NCBI GenBank assembly: GCA_035221665.1
Contig: CM069145.1
Coordinates: 61,132,001-61,196,000 of the forward strand
Direction of reading: 5' to 3'
DNA from: Okamejei kenojei
Taxonomy: Eukaryota
Length of the DNA: 64,000 nucleotides
Shown: piece after piece, positions 49,938-61,279 of the stretch
Position numbering within the stretch: the stretch's first letter is position 1
Layout: the number at the start of each line of letters is the position of its first letter
Program-made: the position numbers and the translations under genes
The notes under the pieces: generated by a model
Database searches by the model: none
Seen by the model: the letters and a program-made list of their open reading frames with translations, nothing else
Told to the model about the DNA's origin: nothing

Positions 49938-52900
49938 CAAAGATACTAGAGGAGCAAGATAGACCACTTGACGAAAAAGTGGTAGTGCGGTCATGGGCTC
50001 GTGGGTAATTTATTTTGTGCCATTTTGGGAATCAAATATATGAGGGTTTGTTTTAAAATGTGCTTCTGTCATGGTGACCGCATCTACCAGCGTAGCGAGC
50101 CGCTCTGCTATAGCGCTCGAATCGCCAATGTAAGGGATTCAAGCACTTTAATGCCGTCTCTCTTCAGGTTCCTCACTAAAGACGAAAGGTAAGAAAAAAA
50201 CTATCTTTTTGTCATGTGGCCTGCCCGATCTCTTCCTATAGCTGAGATCGTGGAGCCGGGGGTCGCCAGGAGGCCATGGACCATAACATCCTGAATCCGT
50301 GGCCTGCTGAGCTTCTAACCGCGGGCGCAGCGTGGACTTTCCCTCGCGGAGTATGGGATTCCAGGCCGGAGAAGAGCTCCGACCGCCGGCCCGCAGCCTA
50401 TAACATCGTGAAGCCCCGGTCTCCGATAGGAAGCGGCCGATTCGGGACCTCCAAGCCACGGAGATCCCGAATTGGCTTGTATTTAAGCTGGTTTGAAATG
50501 GTGTTTAAAATACCGTATAAATGGTGTTAAAAACACACAATGTACAGGGATCAGTGGTGTTTAAAATACATGATAAATAGTGTTACAGGGAACAACGACA
50601 TGCCACAAGGCGCACACATTAAAGCCTTAATTTCCTTCCCAATGTATGATGACTGTAACATATATAATTCTATTCTTATGATCCCAACAAAGTATTGGAC
50701 AAAGGACACTGGACAAAGGACATTTATTATCACATACACCAATTGGTGCAGTGAAATTTGACTTGCCATGCAGCACACAAATAAAGATAAAACACAACAT
50801 TAAAGAATTTAACAGTGAACATAAAAGCACCCCCCCACAATGGTTCCCACTGTGTGGGAAGGCAGCAAAGTCCAGTCCCATCCACAGTTCATCCATAGTC
50901 GGGCCTATTGAGGCCTCTGCAGCCGCCGTTACGGCAGCCCGATGTTTCAGGCCCTCTCGCTGGATGATGAAGTTCTGGCGTCAGTTGAACACTCTCAGCG
51001 GCCCGGAGCGTCTGGAGCGGCCACTTCCTCCCCGGAGTTTGCAGCTCCCGAAGTCCCCGGGCTGCGCCAGTCGGAGCTCCGACTCTGGCGACCTCCGTGG
51101 GATCCCAGGCTCCGCGTTTTTTTTAAAGCTCAGCACCGCCCGCCCGCGGCTGGAAGCTCCACAGACTGCAGACCGCAGCTCCACGATGTTGGAGTCGGTG
51201 GTCCAGGCCCTCCGGAGCTCCACCGCACGGCGACCCAGGCAAGGCATCGCCCGCTCCACGATGGCGCCCCAGCGCTGTGTACCGCCGCCGAGGCTAAAGT
51301 CCCGGCCGGTCCTGGCAGGAAACGCCGCTCCAGACTGCCGGTAGGCCGCGAGGAAGGGGCGAAGATACGGCCCGGAGACAAGACGCATCTCCAACCAGGT
51401 AGGTACTGAGAAAATAGATTCCCCCTCCCCCCCCCTCACCCCCCACATAAAAAACTAAAATACCTCCAAAAACAAACACTTTAACTAACTAAAAATTAAA
51501 AAAAGAGTGAAAAGACTAACAGCTGCTGGCAGGGCAGCCATACTCGACGGCGCCCCCTACAGAGGGGCGTAATTATATTACATCACATGTTTCGGTACAT
51601 GAGCAAGTTATTAGAAAGTCTTCTTTTATAGATCGAGACTTACCACAATAATAAATGTAGACAAAAATGCTGGAGAATTTCTCCAGCATTTTTGTCTACC
51701 TTTGATTATCCAGCATCTGCAGTTCCTTCTTAAACAATAATAAAGGTATCCATTTTAACTCTGCTGTACATTTTTGGTTTTGTTCTTGTGTAAGGATGCA
51801 TGGTATTGTAAGCTCTTCTACATTTAAGATAAATTTAACTATTAGAGGAAAAATGCAGCTGCAATATACATGTCTCTCCCCACCCCTGAAAACAGTTGCA
51901 TTTAAGTGACAAATCATCCATTCTGCAGGTATGTAGTTATAATCAGATTTGTTCTTATAAGTTAATTCTATATGATATTTTACTGTAATTTCAGATGTTG
52001 ACAGTGGGTCCAGAATACTCGTTGACATGATCTCCTACACCAAACTACGGAGTACTTGTCAAAGAACTGCCGTCTTTGTTCTGAACACCCTGTATATCTC
52101 ACACATAAAACAATGTAAATTATGTAAATCTTACCATAAAGTGACAGAAATAAAAAGTGTTATCCTTTTTTATGAATCTTGATGTAGAATTATTTAAAAT
52201 TGAATGGATTGATGCAATATACTGCGAACCCACAAATGTTTAGTTATGAGATATTCATATTTAAAAACTCACTCAGTCGCTCGAGTGGCTGTGAGCGACC
52301 GCTGGGACCTGACAATGGAACCACAGCTAGACCCGGGGCTCGCAGGTAACCTGGGAACTGCAAGTAGTCCCGGAGGGTCCTGGCCCCTATGTAAAAAAGG
52401 CTGCGGGTCCCTGCACTAAACCATCCTTTTTTTCAAAATTTAGCAACTCAAATGGTGGTGCGTCTTCATTGCCGGGAAATATGGTAACTCATTTCCCTCA
52501 AATATATGTTAGATTTTCCTCAAATATATGTTAAATTAAAAATTAAACTATGGTAGCAATGCACAGTATTCATGTCTAAAGCTCGCACTTCTGCATCAAT
52601 GTAGGTATGTATACACTATATTTCTTTACACTAATATAGAATGAAAAAATACCTTGGCATGTGTTCATTGATATTTTATTCACAATATTAGGATTTTAGA
52701 GAGAGAGGTTGAATGAAAGAAAAATTCAACAAAATTAGAGATCACAAGAAAGAAACTAGAGAAATATACATATGTGTGTTATATATTTATATACATATAT
52801 ATCACACATATATGCACATCATATATATATATATATATAATTAATATATGTGTTTATATATATATGTATAAGAAACTAGAGAAATATGTATGTATATAAT

Positions 52901-53498
52901 TATATTTATCAATATCACATGTATATATGTGTGTATCATATATAATATATGTATGTGTTTATAATATATAAATATAGGCAAATAAATTGGCTTATGGCTT
53001 ATGTTCCTTATATCTTATAGGCATCATGAGAATGGCTCATGTACATCATGAGTTGCTTTAATTCAAAGTTGCTTCTGATCCATGAGGAACTTTGAAATAT
53101 ATTATCTCTATCTTGCCTCTCACGCACAGAAACACACACATACTGTTCCCCCACATCAATGATTAAACCAGAGATCATAGAATGCAAATGGTCCAGAGAC
53201 CTTTCATTGCACATTGTCACCCATTTTATACGCAGTTTCCCTTAAACATTTTATTTTTTTAAAGCAGCACATTATTATAAACAAAGATCATAATGGTCTA
53301 ACATAGAAGGCTAAAATAGACCAAGATAAACTGCAAAATTGAATGGACTGTCGTGGATTAAACTGCGAGAGACATAATGGGGATCGGGTCTTATTCCTAA
53401 ATTGGCGGAGGTGACGTTCCGTTGCGTTTCGTTATGTACTACACGTCAGTCCATTGGATTTCGTAGGAGTGGACTATCTTGCTCCTTGAGTATCTTTG
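49938..53498. mobile_element. 3.56-kb TIR DNA transposon with CAAAG termini and 8-bp TSD (P-like or hAT; apparently non-autonomous), with nested insertions
   Basis: Left caaagatactagaggagcaagatagaccact; right (reverse complement) caaagatactcaaggagcaagatagtccact. Flanks atcacgac / aacacaag both derive from the CR1 target atcacaag. Confidence 0.85.
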
Positions 53499-53599
53499 AA
53501 CACAAGGATGTCCTTTAGGAGACCAAAACTGTACACAATACTCCAGATGTCGTTACATCACCTTTGATCTCTCATTTTCACACCTCATCCTTGCTCATC

Positions 53600-54330
53600 T
53601 CTAGTCACTCCCCTCTCCATCCGGGGCGGGATGACGATGGAGGCGGGACCTGGCGCTGATTGACGGCAGGACCAGCCAGTGGCATTTATGCGGAAGGAGC
53701 GAAGGACCAATCACATGAGGGGGCCACTGATGGACAGCCACAGCACCCAATGGAGAACGCGATTTCCGCGGGAGGGGCGGTACACAGTGGAAGGGCGGGA
53801 CCAGGTCGGGGCGGCCAATGGGAGTGTGGGCGGGACATCGGCCGGACCGGAACCGGATTCGGTCTACTGATGGGCGTGGGAGTGATCCAATGGGGAGCGG
53901 GAGCGGGTGGGCGGACGGAGCAGCCAATGGGAGATGCGAGGTGAGTGGGCGGGGACTGCAGACTGACCGGAGCCGGAAACGGAACGGTGACGGGCGGGCG
54001 GCGCTGCCAATGGGAGGGGCGGGTGCGGGGCGCGGCGCCCAATGGCGGGCCGAGAGGGCGGGACTTTGCTGGTGTTGTTGTTGGCGATCTCAAAATGGCG
54101 GCGGCGGCGGCGGCGTCGGAGCGGCGGCAGCAGCAGCAGCAGCGCGGTGAGGGGGGGGCAGAGGGAGCAGCGCGGTGAGGGGGGGGGTGGGGGGGGGGGG
54201 AGGGCAGCAGCTGCGGTGAGGGGTGGGGGGGGGGGGAACGGTGAGGTGAGGGGGGGAGGAGCGGTGAAGGGGGAGTGGTGAGGTGAGGGGGGGAGGAGGA
54301 GCGGCAGCAGCGCGGTGAGGGGGGAGGAGC
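53600..54330 (+). promoter_or_regulatory. CpG-island promoter with 7 CCAAT boxes, several GC boxes and a YY1 motif
   Basis: CCAAT at 53707, 53747, 53815, 53887, 53924, 54007 and 54039. Repeated GGGCGG. AAAATGGCGG at 54092-54101. High CpG density. Confidence 0.85.
54095..54146 (+). CDS. Candidate first exon of an unidentified gene (MAAAAAASERRQQQQQR; may be 5' UTR)
   Basis: Kozak aaaATGG within the YY1 motif, GCG and CAG triplet runs, and a donor G|gtgagg at 54147. Confidence 0.45.
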
Positions 54331-54394
54331 GGTGAGGTGAGGGGGGGCTTAACAGGGTGGAGCTAAAGGGGGGGCTTTGATTAAAGGATCATTT

Positions 54395-55210
54395 ACCAGC
54401 CCCTTTAAATCAGGGGGTTAATATTCCTGCCCCTCTGTTTCAAGGGGTTGATATCTGCCTCATTTCCTGCCGTTTTGAATTCAAGGGTCATTATTTGCCT
54501 CAATTCCTGATCTTTTAATTCAAAAGGCCATTATTTGCCTCAATTGCCGCCCCTTTAATTCAGGGTGGTTGATATTTGCCTCAATTTCTGCCCCTTTAAT
54601 TCAAGGAATTACTATTTGTCCCAATTCCTGCCCCTTTAATTCAAGGGGTTGATGTTTGCCTCAATTCTTGCCCATTTAATGTGTGTATTACTATTTGCCT
54701 CTATTCCTGCCCCTTTAATTCAAGGGGTTGATATTTACCTCAGTTCCTGCCTCTTTAATTCAAGGGATTACTATTTACCCCAATTCCTGCCCCTTTAATT
54801 CAAGGGATTACTATTTACCCCAATTCCTGCTCCTTTAATTCAAGGTGTTGATATTTGCTTCAATTCCTGCCCCTTTGATTCAAGGGATTACGATTTGGCC
54901 CATTTCCTGCCCCTTTAATTCAGAAGGTTTGATATTTGTCCCATTTTCTGCCCTTTTAATCGAGGGGGTTGTATATTTGTCTAAATTTCCAATCCTTTAT
55001 CTTTGGGATTTGCATTATTTGCCCCCAATGTAATTTGAAGTGTTTTGTGTATTTGCTTGAGTTCCCAAACCTTTATTTAAAGGGGTTGACTTTTGCCCCA
55101 AACTGTGCCTTTAATTTAGGGGGTTGATATTTGTCCCAAGTCCAAGCACTTATTATTCATGCTTGGAGTATTTGCCCCAATGTCTGCCCTTTAATGCTGG
55201 GGATTGATAT
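54395..55210 (+). repeat. ~39-bp degenerate tandem repeat, about 20 copies (aattcctgcccctttaattcaaggggttgatatttgcctc)
   Basis: Direct reiteration; each unit holds a small cccctt/aagggg hairpin. Confidence 0.9.
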
Positions 55211-55791
55211 ATTCTGGTGGGGGAGGTGGAGGGTGACAGAGTGGGGGAGGTGGGGTGAGGGAGGGGGGGTGAATGATGTTGTGGATGATCAGCCATGATC
55301 ACATTAAATGGCGGTGCTGACTCAAAGGGCCGAATGGCCTACTCCTGCACCTGTTGCCTATTGACAGGGTGAGAGGTGTGTGACATGGTGGGTGGTGAGT
55401 GAGGGGATGACAGGGTGGATGTGGTAGAGTAGGTGGGGAGAGGGTGGGTGAGAAAGGGGAGTGACAGGTTGGGCGGGTGTTAAAGTGTGGGAGGGAGGTG
55501 TGTGATGGGGAGGGGTGTGACCAGGTTGTGTGGGGGGGGAGGTGGGGGGGGTGAGTTTGTGAGGGGTGTGACAGCGTGGGTGGTTGGTGTGACAGGTTGG
55601 GGGGGGGTGTGTCAGGATGGGTAGGTGGCCCACCAGGTACGAGGGTCAGGTGGGGGTGGGACAATTTCAGAATGGGGTGTGACAGCAGGATCTGGATCTC
55701 TGGGGACGCGGGCAAAGGGAAGGCAGATGGAGTTTTGCGGCAGCTCCTCATAGACTACCTCACGGAACTGGAACTGCAGCTGGGTAACGTT

Positions 55792-55838
55792 AGGATGAGT
55801 CTGAAGAAGGGTCTCGACCCGAAACGTCACCCATTCCT
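55792..55838 (+). ncRNA. Minimal Penelope-type hammerhead ribozyme motif (other copies at +58186-58222, -31443-31476, -61240-61276, and degenerate ones)
   Basis: CTGAAGA (55801-55807), stem II gggtc/gaccc, GAAAC-GTC with palindromic ACGT helix III. Stem I ggatgagt / acccattc pairs 7 of 8 including one G-U. Confidence 0.65.
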
Positions 55839-57189
55839 TCTCTCCAGAGATGCTGCCTCACATACTGAGTTTCTCCAGCATTTTTGTCTACAGCAGAAAG
55901 AGAGGAGATGGCGAGGCAGGAGTCCCCCATCATTCCTCTCCCAAACTGGCCAGCTGCTTCGGGTTGTGTTGAGGAGGGAGTGATGGGTCAGGGGAGGGCA
56001 GCACCAGCCAGGGGTGTGGCACAGGTTCCTGACTGTGAGGCACAGCAGGCGGGGAAGGGTGTCCGGCACGGCCTCCGTGACAGGAGACTCCTCAGGTGAG
56101 TGTAGTTTGTTGTCACGTGAAAAGCTTTTGTTGTGTGCTAACCAGTCAGCAGGAAGACAATACATAATTACAATCGAGCCGTCCACAGTGTACAGATACA
56201 AGATAAAGGGAATAACATGAATGACGTTTAGTGCAAGTTAGAGTCCGGTAATGTCCAATCAAAGATGGCCTGTGGGTCTCCAATGGGGTAGATGGGACGT
56301 CAGGACTGCGAGAGGATGGTTCAGTTATAGACAATAGCCAATAGGTGCAGGACTAGGCCATTCGGCCCTTCGAGCCAGCACTGCCATTCAATGTGATCAT
56401 GGCTGATCACCCCAATCAGTACCCTGTTCCTGCCTTCTCCCCATAACCCCTGACTCCGCTATTTTTAAGAGCTCTATCTAGCTCTCTCTTGAAAGTGTCC
56501 AGAGAACTGGCCTCCACTGAGGCAAAGAATTCCACAGACTCACAACTCCCTGGGTGAAAAAGTGTTTCCTCATCTCCGTTCTAAATGGCTTACCCCTTAT
56601 TCTTAAACTGTGGCCCCTGGTTCTGGACTCCCCCAACATCGGGAACATTTTTCTGCCTCTAGTGTGTCCAATCCCTTAATAATCTTACATGTTTCTACAA
56701 GATTCCCTCTCATCCTTCTAAACTCCAGATTATACAAGCCCAGCCGCTCCATTCTCTCAACATATGACAGTCCCACCATCCCAGGAATTAACCTGGTGAA
56801 CCTACGCTGCACTCCCTCAATAGCAAGAATGTCCTTCCTCAAATTTAGAGACCATAACTGCACACAGTACTCCAGGTGTGGTCTCACTAGGGCCCTGTAC
56901 AACTGCAGAAGGACCTCTTTGCTCCTGTACTCAACTCCTCTCGTTATGAGTCCTTGTGGACTTCGGCACAAATAACAATAGAGATGAGTTCCTGTGGCGT
57001 GAACAGAGGGAGTTAGGCAGGACCTCCAGCGTGGTGATCTCCGGATTACTGCCAGTGCCACGTGCTAGTGAGGGTAGGGACAGAAAGATAGCTCAGGTGA
57101 ATGTGTGGCTGAGGAGTTGGTGCAGGGGGCAGGGATTCCGATTTCTGGACCATTCTACGGCAAAGGTGACGTACACAGGGATTGGTTTT

Positions 57190-57476
57190 GGGCAGTCACG
57201 GTGGCGCAGCGCTAGAATTGCTGCCTTACAGCGCTTGCAGTGCCGGAGACACAGGTTCCATCCGGACTACGGGTGCTGTCTTTACGGAGTTTGCACGTTC
57301 TCCCCATGACCTGCATGGGTATTCCCTGAGATCTTCGGTTTCCTGGTTAATTGGCTTGGTGAATGTAAAAATTGTCCCTAGTTGGTGTAGGATCATGTTA
57401 ATGTGTGGGGATCGCTGGTCGGCCTGGAGGGCCGAAGGGCCTGTTTCCACGCTGCATCTCTAAACTAAACTAAACT
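57190..57476 (+). mobile_element. tRNA-derived V-SINE
   Basis: A box tggcgcagcg, B-box-like ggttccatcc, V-domain 'ggagtttgcacgttctcccc', tail (taaac)n. Confidence 0.85.
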
Positions 57477-57999
57477 TGAACTGGAGAGGGGATCAGAATC
57501 CTGGCAGGCAGGTTTGCATGTGCTGCACTGGTGGGGTTAAACTTGGTTTGGAGGGAGGGAGGGATGGGGAGGGGGAGGGAGAGAGGGAGGGATGGGGAGA
57601 GGGATCCAATGCAGGACTGAGTCAGTCACCTTTGAGAACCATCTTCACTATCGACAAATACCAGTTTCCATTTAGTTTATTGTTACATGTACCAAGGTAC
57701 TGTGAAAAGCTTTTGTTGCGTGCTCTCCAGTCAGCAGGACAATTCCAAAGACATACAGGTATGTAGGTTAATTGGCTTGGTGCATGTGTAAATTGCCCCG
57801 AGTGTGTGTGGGATAGTGTTAATATGCGGGGATTGCTGGTCGCCGTGGACTCTTTCCACACTGTGTCTCTAAACTACACTAATACGTGATTCCAATCGAG
57901 CCATTTACAGAGTGTAGACATAGACAATAGACTATAGATATAGAGAGAGAAAGCAAGGGCTATCTTGTTAGGGAAGTCAATGTTCATACCGCTGGGTGT

Positions 58000-58285
58000 C
58001 AGAGTCAGGCCCAGCGCAAATTGGAAGAACACCACCTCATATTTTGCTTGGGTAGTTTACACCCCAGCGGTATGAACATTGACTTCCCTAACTTCAGATA
58101 GCCCCTGCTTTCTCTCTCCATCCCTTTCCCCATCCCAGTTCCACCACCAGTCTTACTGTCTTTGTCCCGCCCTCTCCCCTGACATCAGTCTGAAGAAGGG
58201 TCTCGACCCGAAACGTCGCCCACTCCTTCTTTCCAGAGATGCTGTCTGTCTCACTGAGTGACTCCAACATTTTGTGTCTACCTGT
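58000..58285 (+). mobile_element. Penelope-like element 3' end (GIY-YIG C-terminus plus hammerhead-bearing terminal repeat)
   Basis: AQRKLEEHHLIFCLGSLHPSGMNIDF followed by ctgaagaagggtctcgacccgaaacgtc. Confidence 0.85.
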
Positions 58286-58344
58286 GATGAGAATAACGTT
58301 TAGTGCAAGGTATCACCCACTATCGTGTCAAATGTATTCACTAG

Positions 58345-61200
58345 ACAATAGGTGCAGGAGGAGGCCATTCGGCCCTTCGAGCCAGCACTTCCATTCCATG
58401 TGATCATGGCAGATCATCCCCAATCAGTACTCCTTTCCTGTCTTTCCCCATATCCACTGACTCTGTTATTTTTAAGAGCCCTATCTAATTCTCTCTTGAA
58501 AGCATCCAGAGAACCAGCCTCCACCGCCCACTGAGGCAGAGAATTCCACACTCACAACTCTCTGTGTGAAAAAGTGATTCCGTGTCTCCTTTCTAAATGG
58601 CCGACCCCTTATTCTTAAACTGTGGCCCCGGTTCTGGACGCCCACAACATCGGGAGTTTCAGAAATAGTTTGCTCATACAATAGTAGAGGGGGCAACAAG
58701 GGAGAGGGCAAAGCTTGATCTCTTTTGGGAACATAGAAACATAGAAACATAGAAATTAGGTGCAGGAGTAGGCCATTCAGCCCTTCGAGCCTGCACCGCC
58801 ATTCAATATGATCATGGCTGATCATCCAACTCGGTATCCCGTACCTGCCTTCTCTCCATACCCTCTGATCCCCTTAGCCACAAGGGCCACATCCAACTCA
58901 CTCTTAAATATAGCCAATGAACTGGCCTCAACTACCCTCTGTGGCAGAGAGTTCCAGAGACTCACCACTCTCTGTGTGAAGAAAGTCTTTTCTCATCTCG
59001 GTCTTAAAGGATTTCCCCCTTATCCTTAAGCTGTGACCCCTTGTCCTGGACTTCCCCAACATCGGGAACAATCTTCCTGCATCTAGCCTGTCCAACCCCT
59101 TAAGAATTTTGTAAGTTTCTATAAGATCCCCTCTTAATCTCCTAAATTCCAGAGAGTATAAACCGAGTCTATCCAGTCTTTCTTCATAAGACAGTCCTGA
59201 CATCCCAGGAATCAGTCTGGTGAACCTTCTCTGCACTCCCTCTATGGCAATAATGTCCTTCCTCAGATTTGGAGACCAAAAACTGCACGCAATACTCCAG
59301 GTGTGGTCTCACCAAGACCCTGTACAACTGAAGTAGAACCTCCCCTGCTCCTGTACTCAAATCCTTTTGCTATGAAAGCTAACATACCATTCGCTTTTTT
59401 CACTGCCTGCTGCACCTGCATGCCTACTTTCAATGACTGGTGTACCATGACACCCAGGTCTCGCTGCATCTCCCCTTTTCCTAATCGGCCACCATTTAAA
59501 TAATAGTCTGCTTTCCTGTTTTTGCCACCAAAGTGGATAACCTCACATTTTATCCACATTATACTGCATCTGCCAAACATTTGCCCACTCACCCAGCCTA
59601 TCCAAGTCACCTTGCAGTCTCCTAGCATCCTCCTCACAGCGAAACACTGCCCCCCAGCTTAGTGTCATCCGCAAACTTGGAGATATTGCCTTCAATTCCC
59701 TCATCCAGATCATTAATATATATTGTAAATAGCTGGGGTCCCAGCACTGAGCCCTGCGGTACCCCACTAGTTACTGCCTGCCATTGTGAAAAGGACCCGT
59801 TTACTCCTACTCTTTGCTTCCTGTTTGCCAGCCAGTTCTCTATCCACATCAATACTGAACCCCTAATACCGTATGCTTTAAGTTTGTATACTAATCTCTT
59901 ATGTGGACCTTGTCGAAAGCCTTCTGGAAGTCCAGATATACCACATCCACTAGTTCTCCCTTATCCACGCTACTAGTTACATCCTCGAAAAATTCCACAA
60001 GATTCGTCAGACATGATTTACCTTTTGTAAATCCATGCTGACTTTGTCCAATGATTGGGAAGGGCAAGTGACTGAAGTATCTGTGGCTGAGCCCTCTGGG
60101 ACGAGTAACCACATCCGATTGGATTTAAAAGAGTTCTGGATAATGACAGGGCGGGCCCATAATCCCCGGGTCAGACCCGCCAGCATGGAGTAAGGAAGCA
60201 GGGATGACAAGAGAAATTAATACATACATACATACAAAGTAGGTGCAGGAGTAGTCCATTCAGCCCTTCGAGCCAGCACTGCCATTCAATGTGATCATGG
60301 CTGATCTTCCTCAATCAGTACCCCGTTCCTGCCTTCTCCCCATATCCCCTGACTCCGCTATTTTTAAGAGCTCTATCTAGCTCTCTCTTGAAAGCATCCA
60401 GAAACCGGCCTCCACCGTCCTCTGAGGCAGAGAATTCCACAGACTCACCACTCTCTGTGAGAAAAAGTGTTTCCTCGTCTCTGTTCTAAATGCCTTACTC
60501 CTTATTCTTAAACAGTGGCCCCTGGTTCTGGACTCCCCCAACATCGGGAACATGTTTCCTGCCTCTGACCAAACCTTTAACAATCTTATATGTTTCAATG
60601 AGATATCCTCTCATCCTTCTAAACTCCAGAGTATACAAGCCCCGCTGCTCCATTCTCTCAGCATATGACAGTCCCGCCATCCCGGGAATTAACCTTGTAA
60701 ACCTATGCTGCACTCCCTCAATAGCAAGAATGTCCTTCCTCAAATTAGGAGACCAAAACTGCACACAATACTCCAGGTGTGGTCTCACAAGGGCTCAGTC
60801 CAACTGCAGAAGGATCTCTTTGCTCCTATACTCGATTCCTCTTGTTATGAAGGCCAACATGCCATTCACTTTCTTCACTGCCTGCAGAACCTGCATGCTT
60901 ACTTTCATTTTATTCAGTTTAAGAATAAGGCGTAAGCCATTTAGAACGGAGATGAGGAAACACTTTTTCACCCAGAGAGTTGTGAATCTGTGGAATTCTC
61001 TGCCTCATAGGGCGGTGGAGGCCAATTCTCTGGATGCTTTCAAGAGAGAGCTAGATAGGGCTCTTAAAGATAGCGGAGTCAGGGGATATGGGGAGAAGGC
61101 AGGAACGGGGTACTGATTGGGGATGATCTGCCATGATCACAGTGAATGACGGTGCTGGCTCGAAGGGCCGAATGGCCTACTCCTGCACCTATTGTCTATT
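58345..61200. mobile_element. Stacked CR1 fragments (-58345-58655, -58730-60055, -60235-60905, +60915-61200)
   Basis: [30 protein letters not shown]; (atagaaac)n tails. Confidence 0.92.
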
Positions 61201-61279
61201 GTAACTCAGCGGGTGAGACAGCATCTCTGGAGAGAAGGAATGGGCGATGTTTCGGGTCGAGACCCTTCTTCAGACTGAG

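Larger units (their letters stand above)
55690..57550 (+). mobile_element. Old CR1 ORF1 (coiled coil plus SGNH esterase) broken by a Penelope end, a minus-strand CR1 (56335-56950) and a V-SINE
   Basis: LRQLLIDYLTELELQL, QESPIIPLPN, SGTASVTGDS (GDS motif), GTNNNRDE, VVISGLLPVPRASEGRDRKIAQVNVWLRSWCRGQGFRFLDH. Confidence 0.85.

Noticed and set aside
51696-53220. Short ORFs inside the DNA transposon as a transposase
   Set aside because: No THAP, DDE or BED motifs recognisable.
55884-56099. Hemogen-like 'LRDRRLLR' host exon
   Set aside because: Flanking frames show CR1 ORF1 (QESP..IPL, GDS esterase motif); the resemblance is coincidental. Kept only as possible exonisation.
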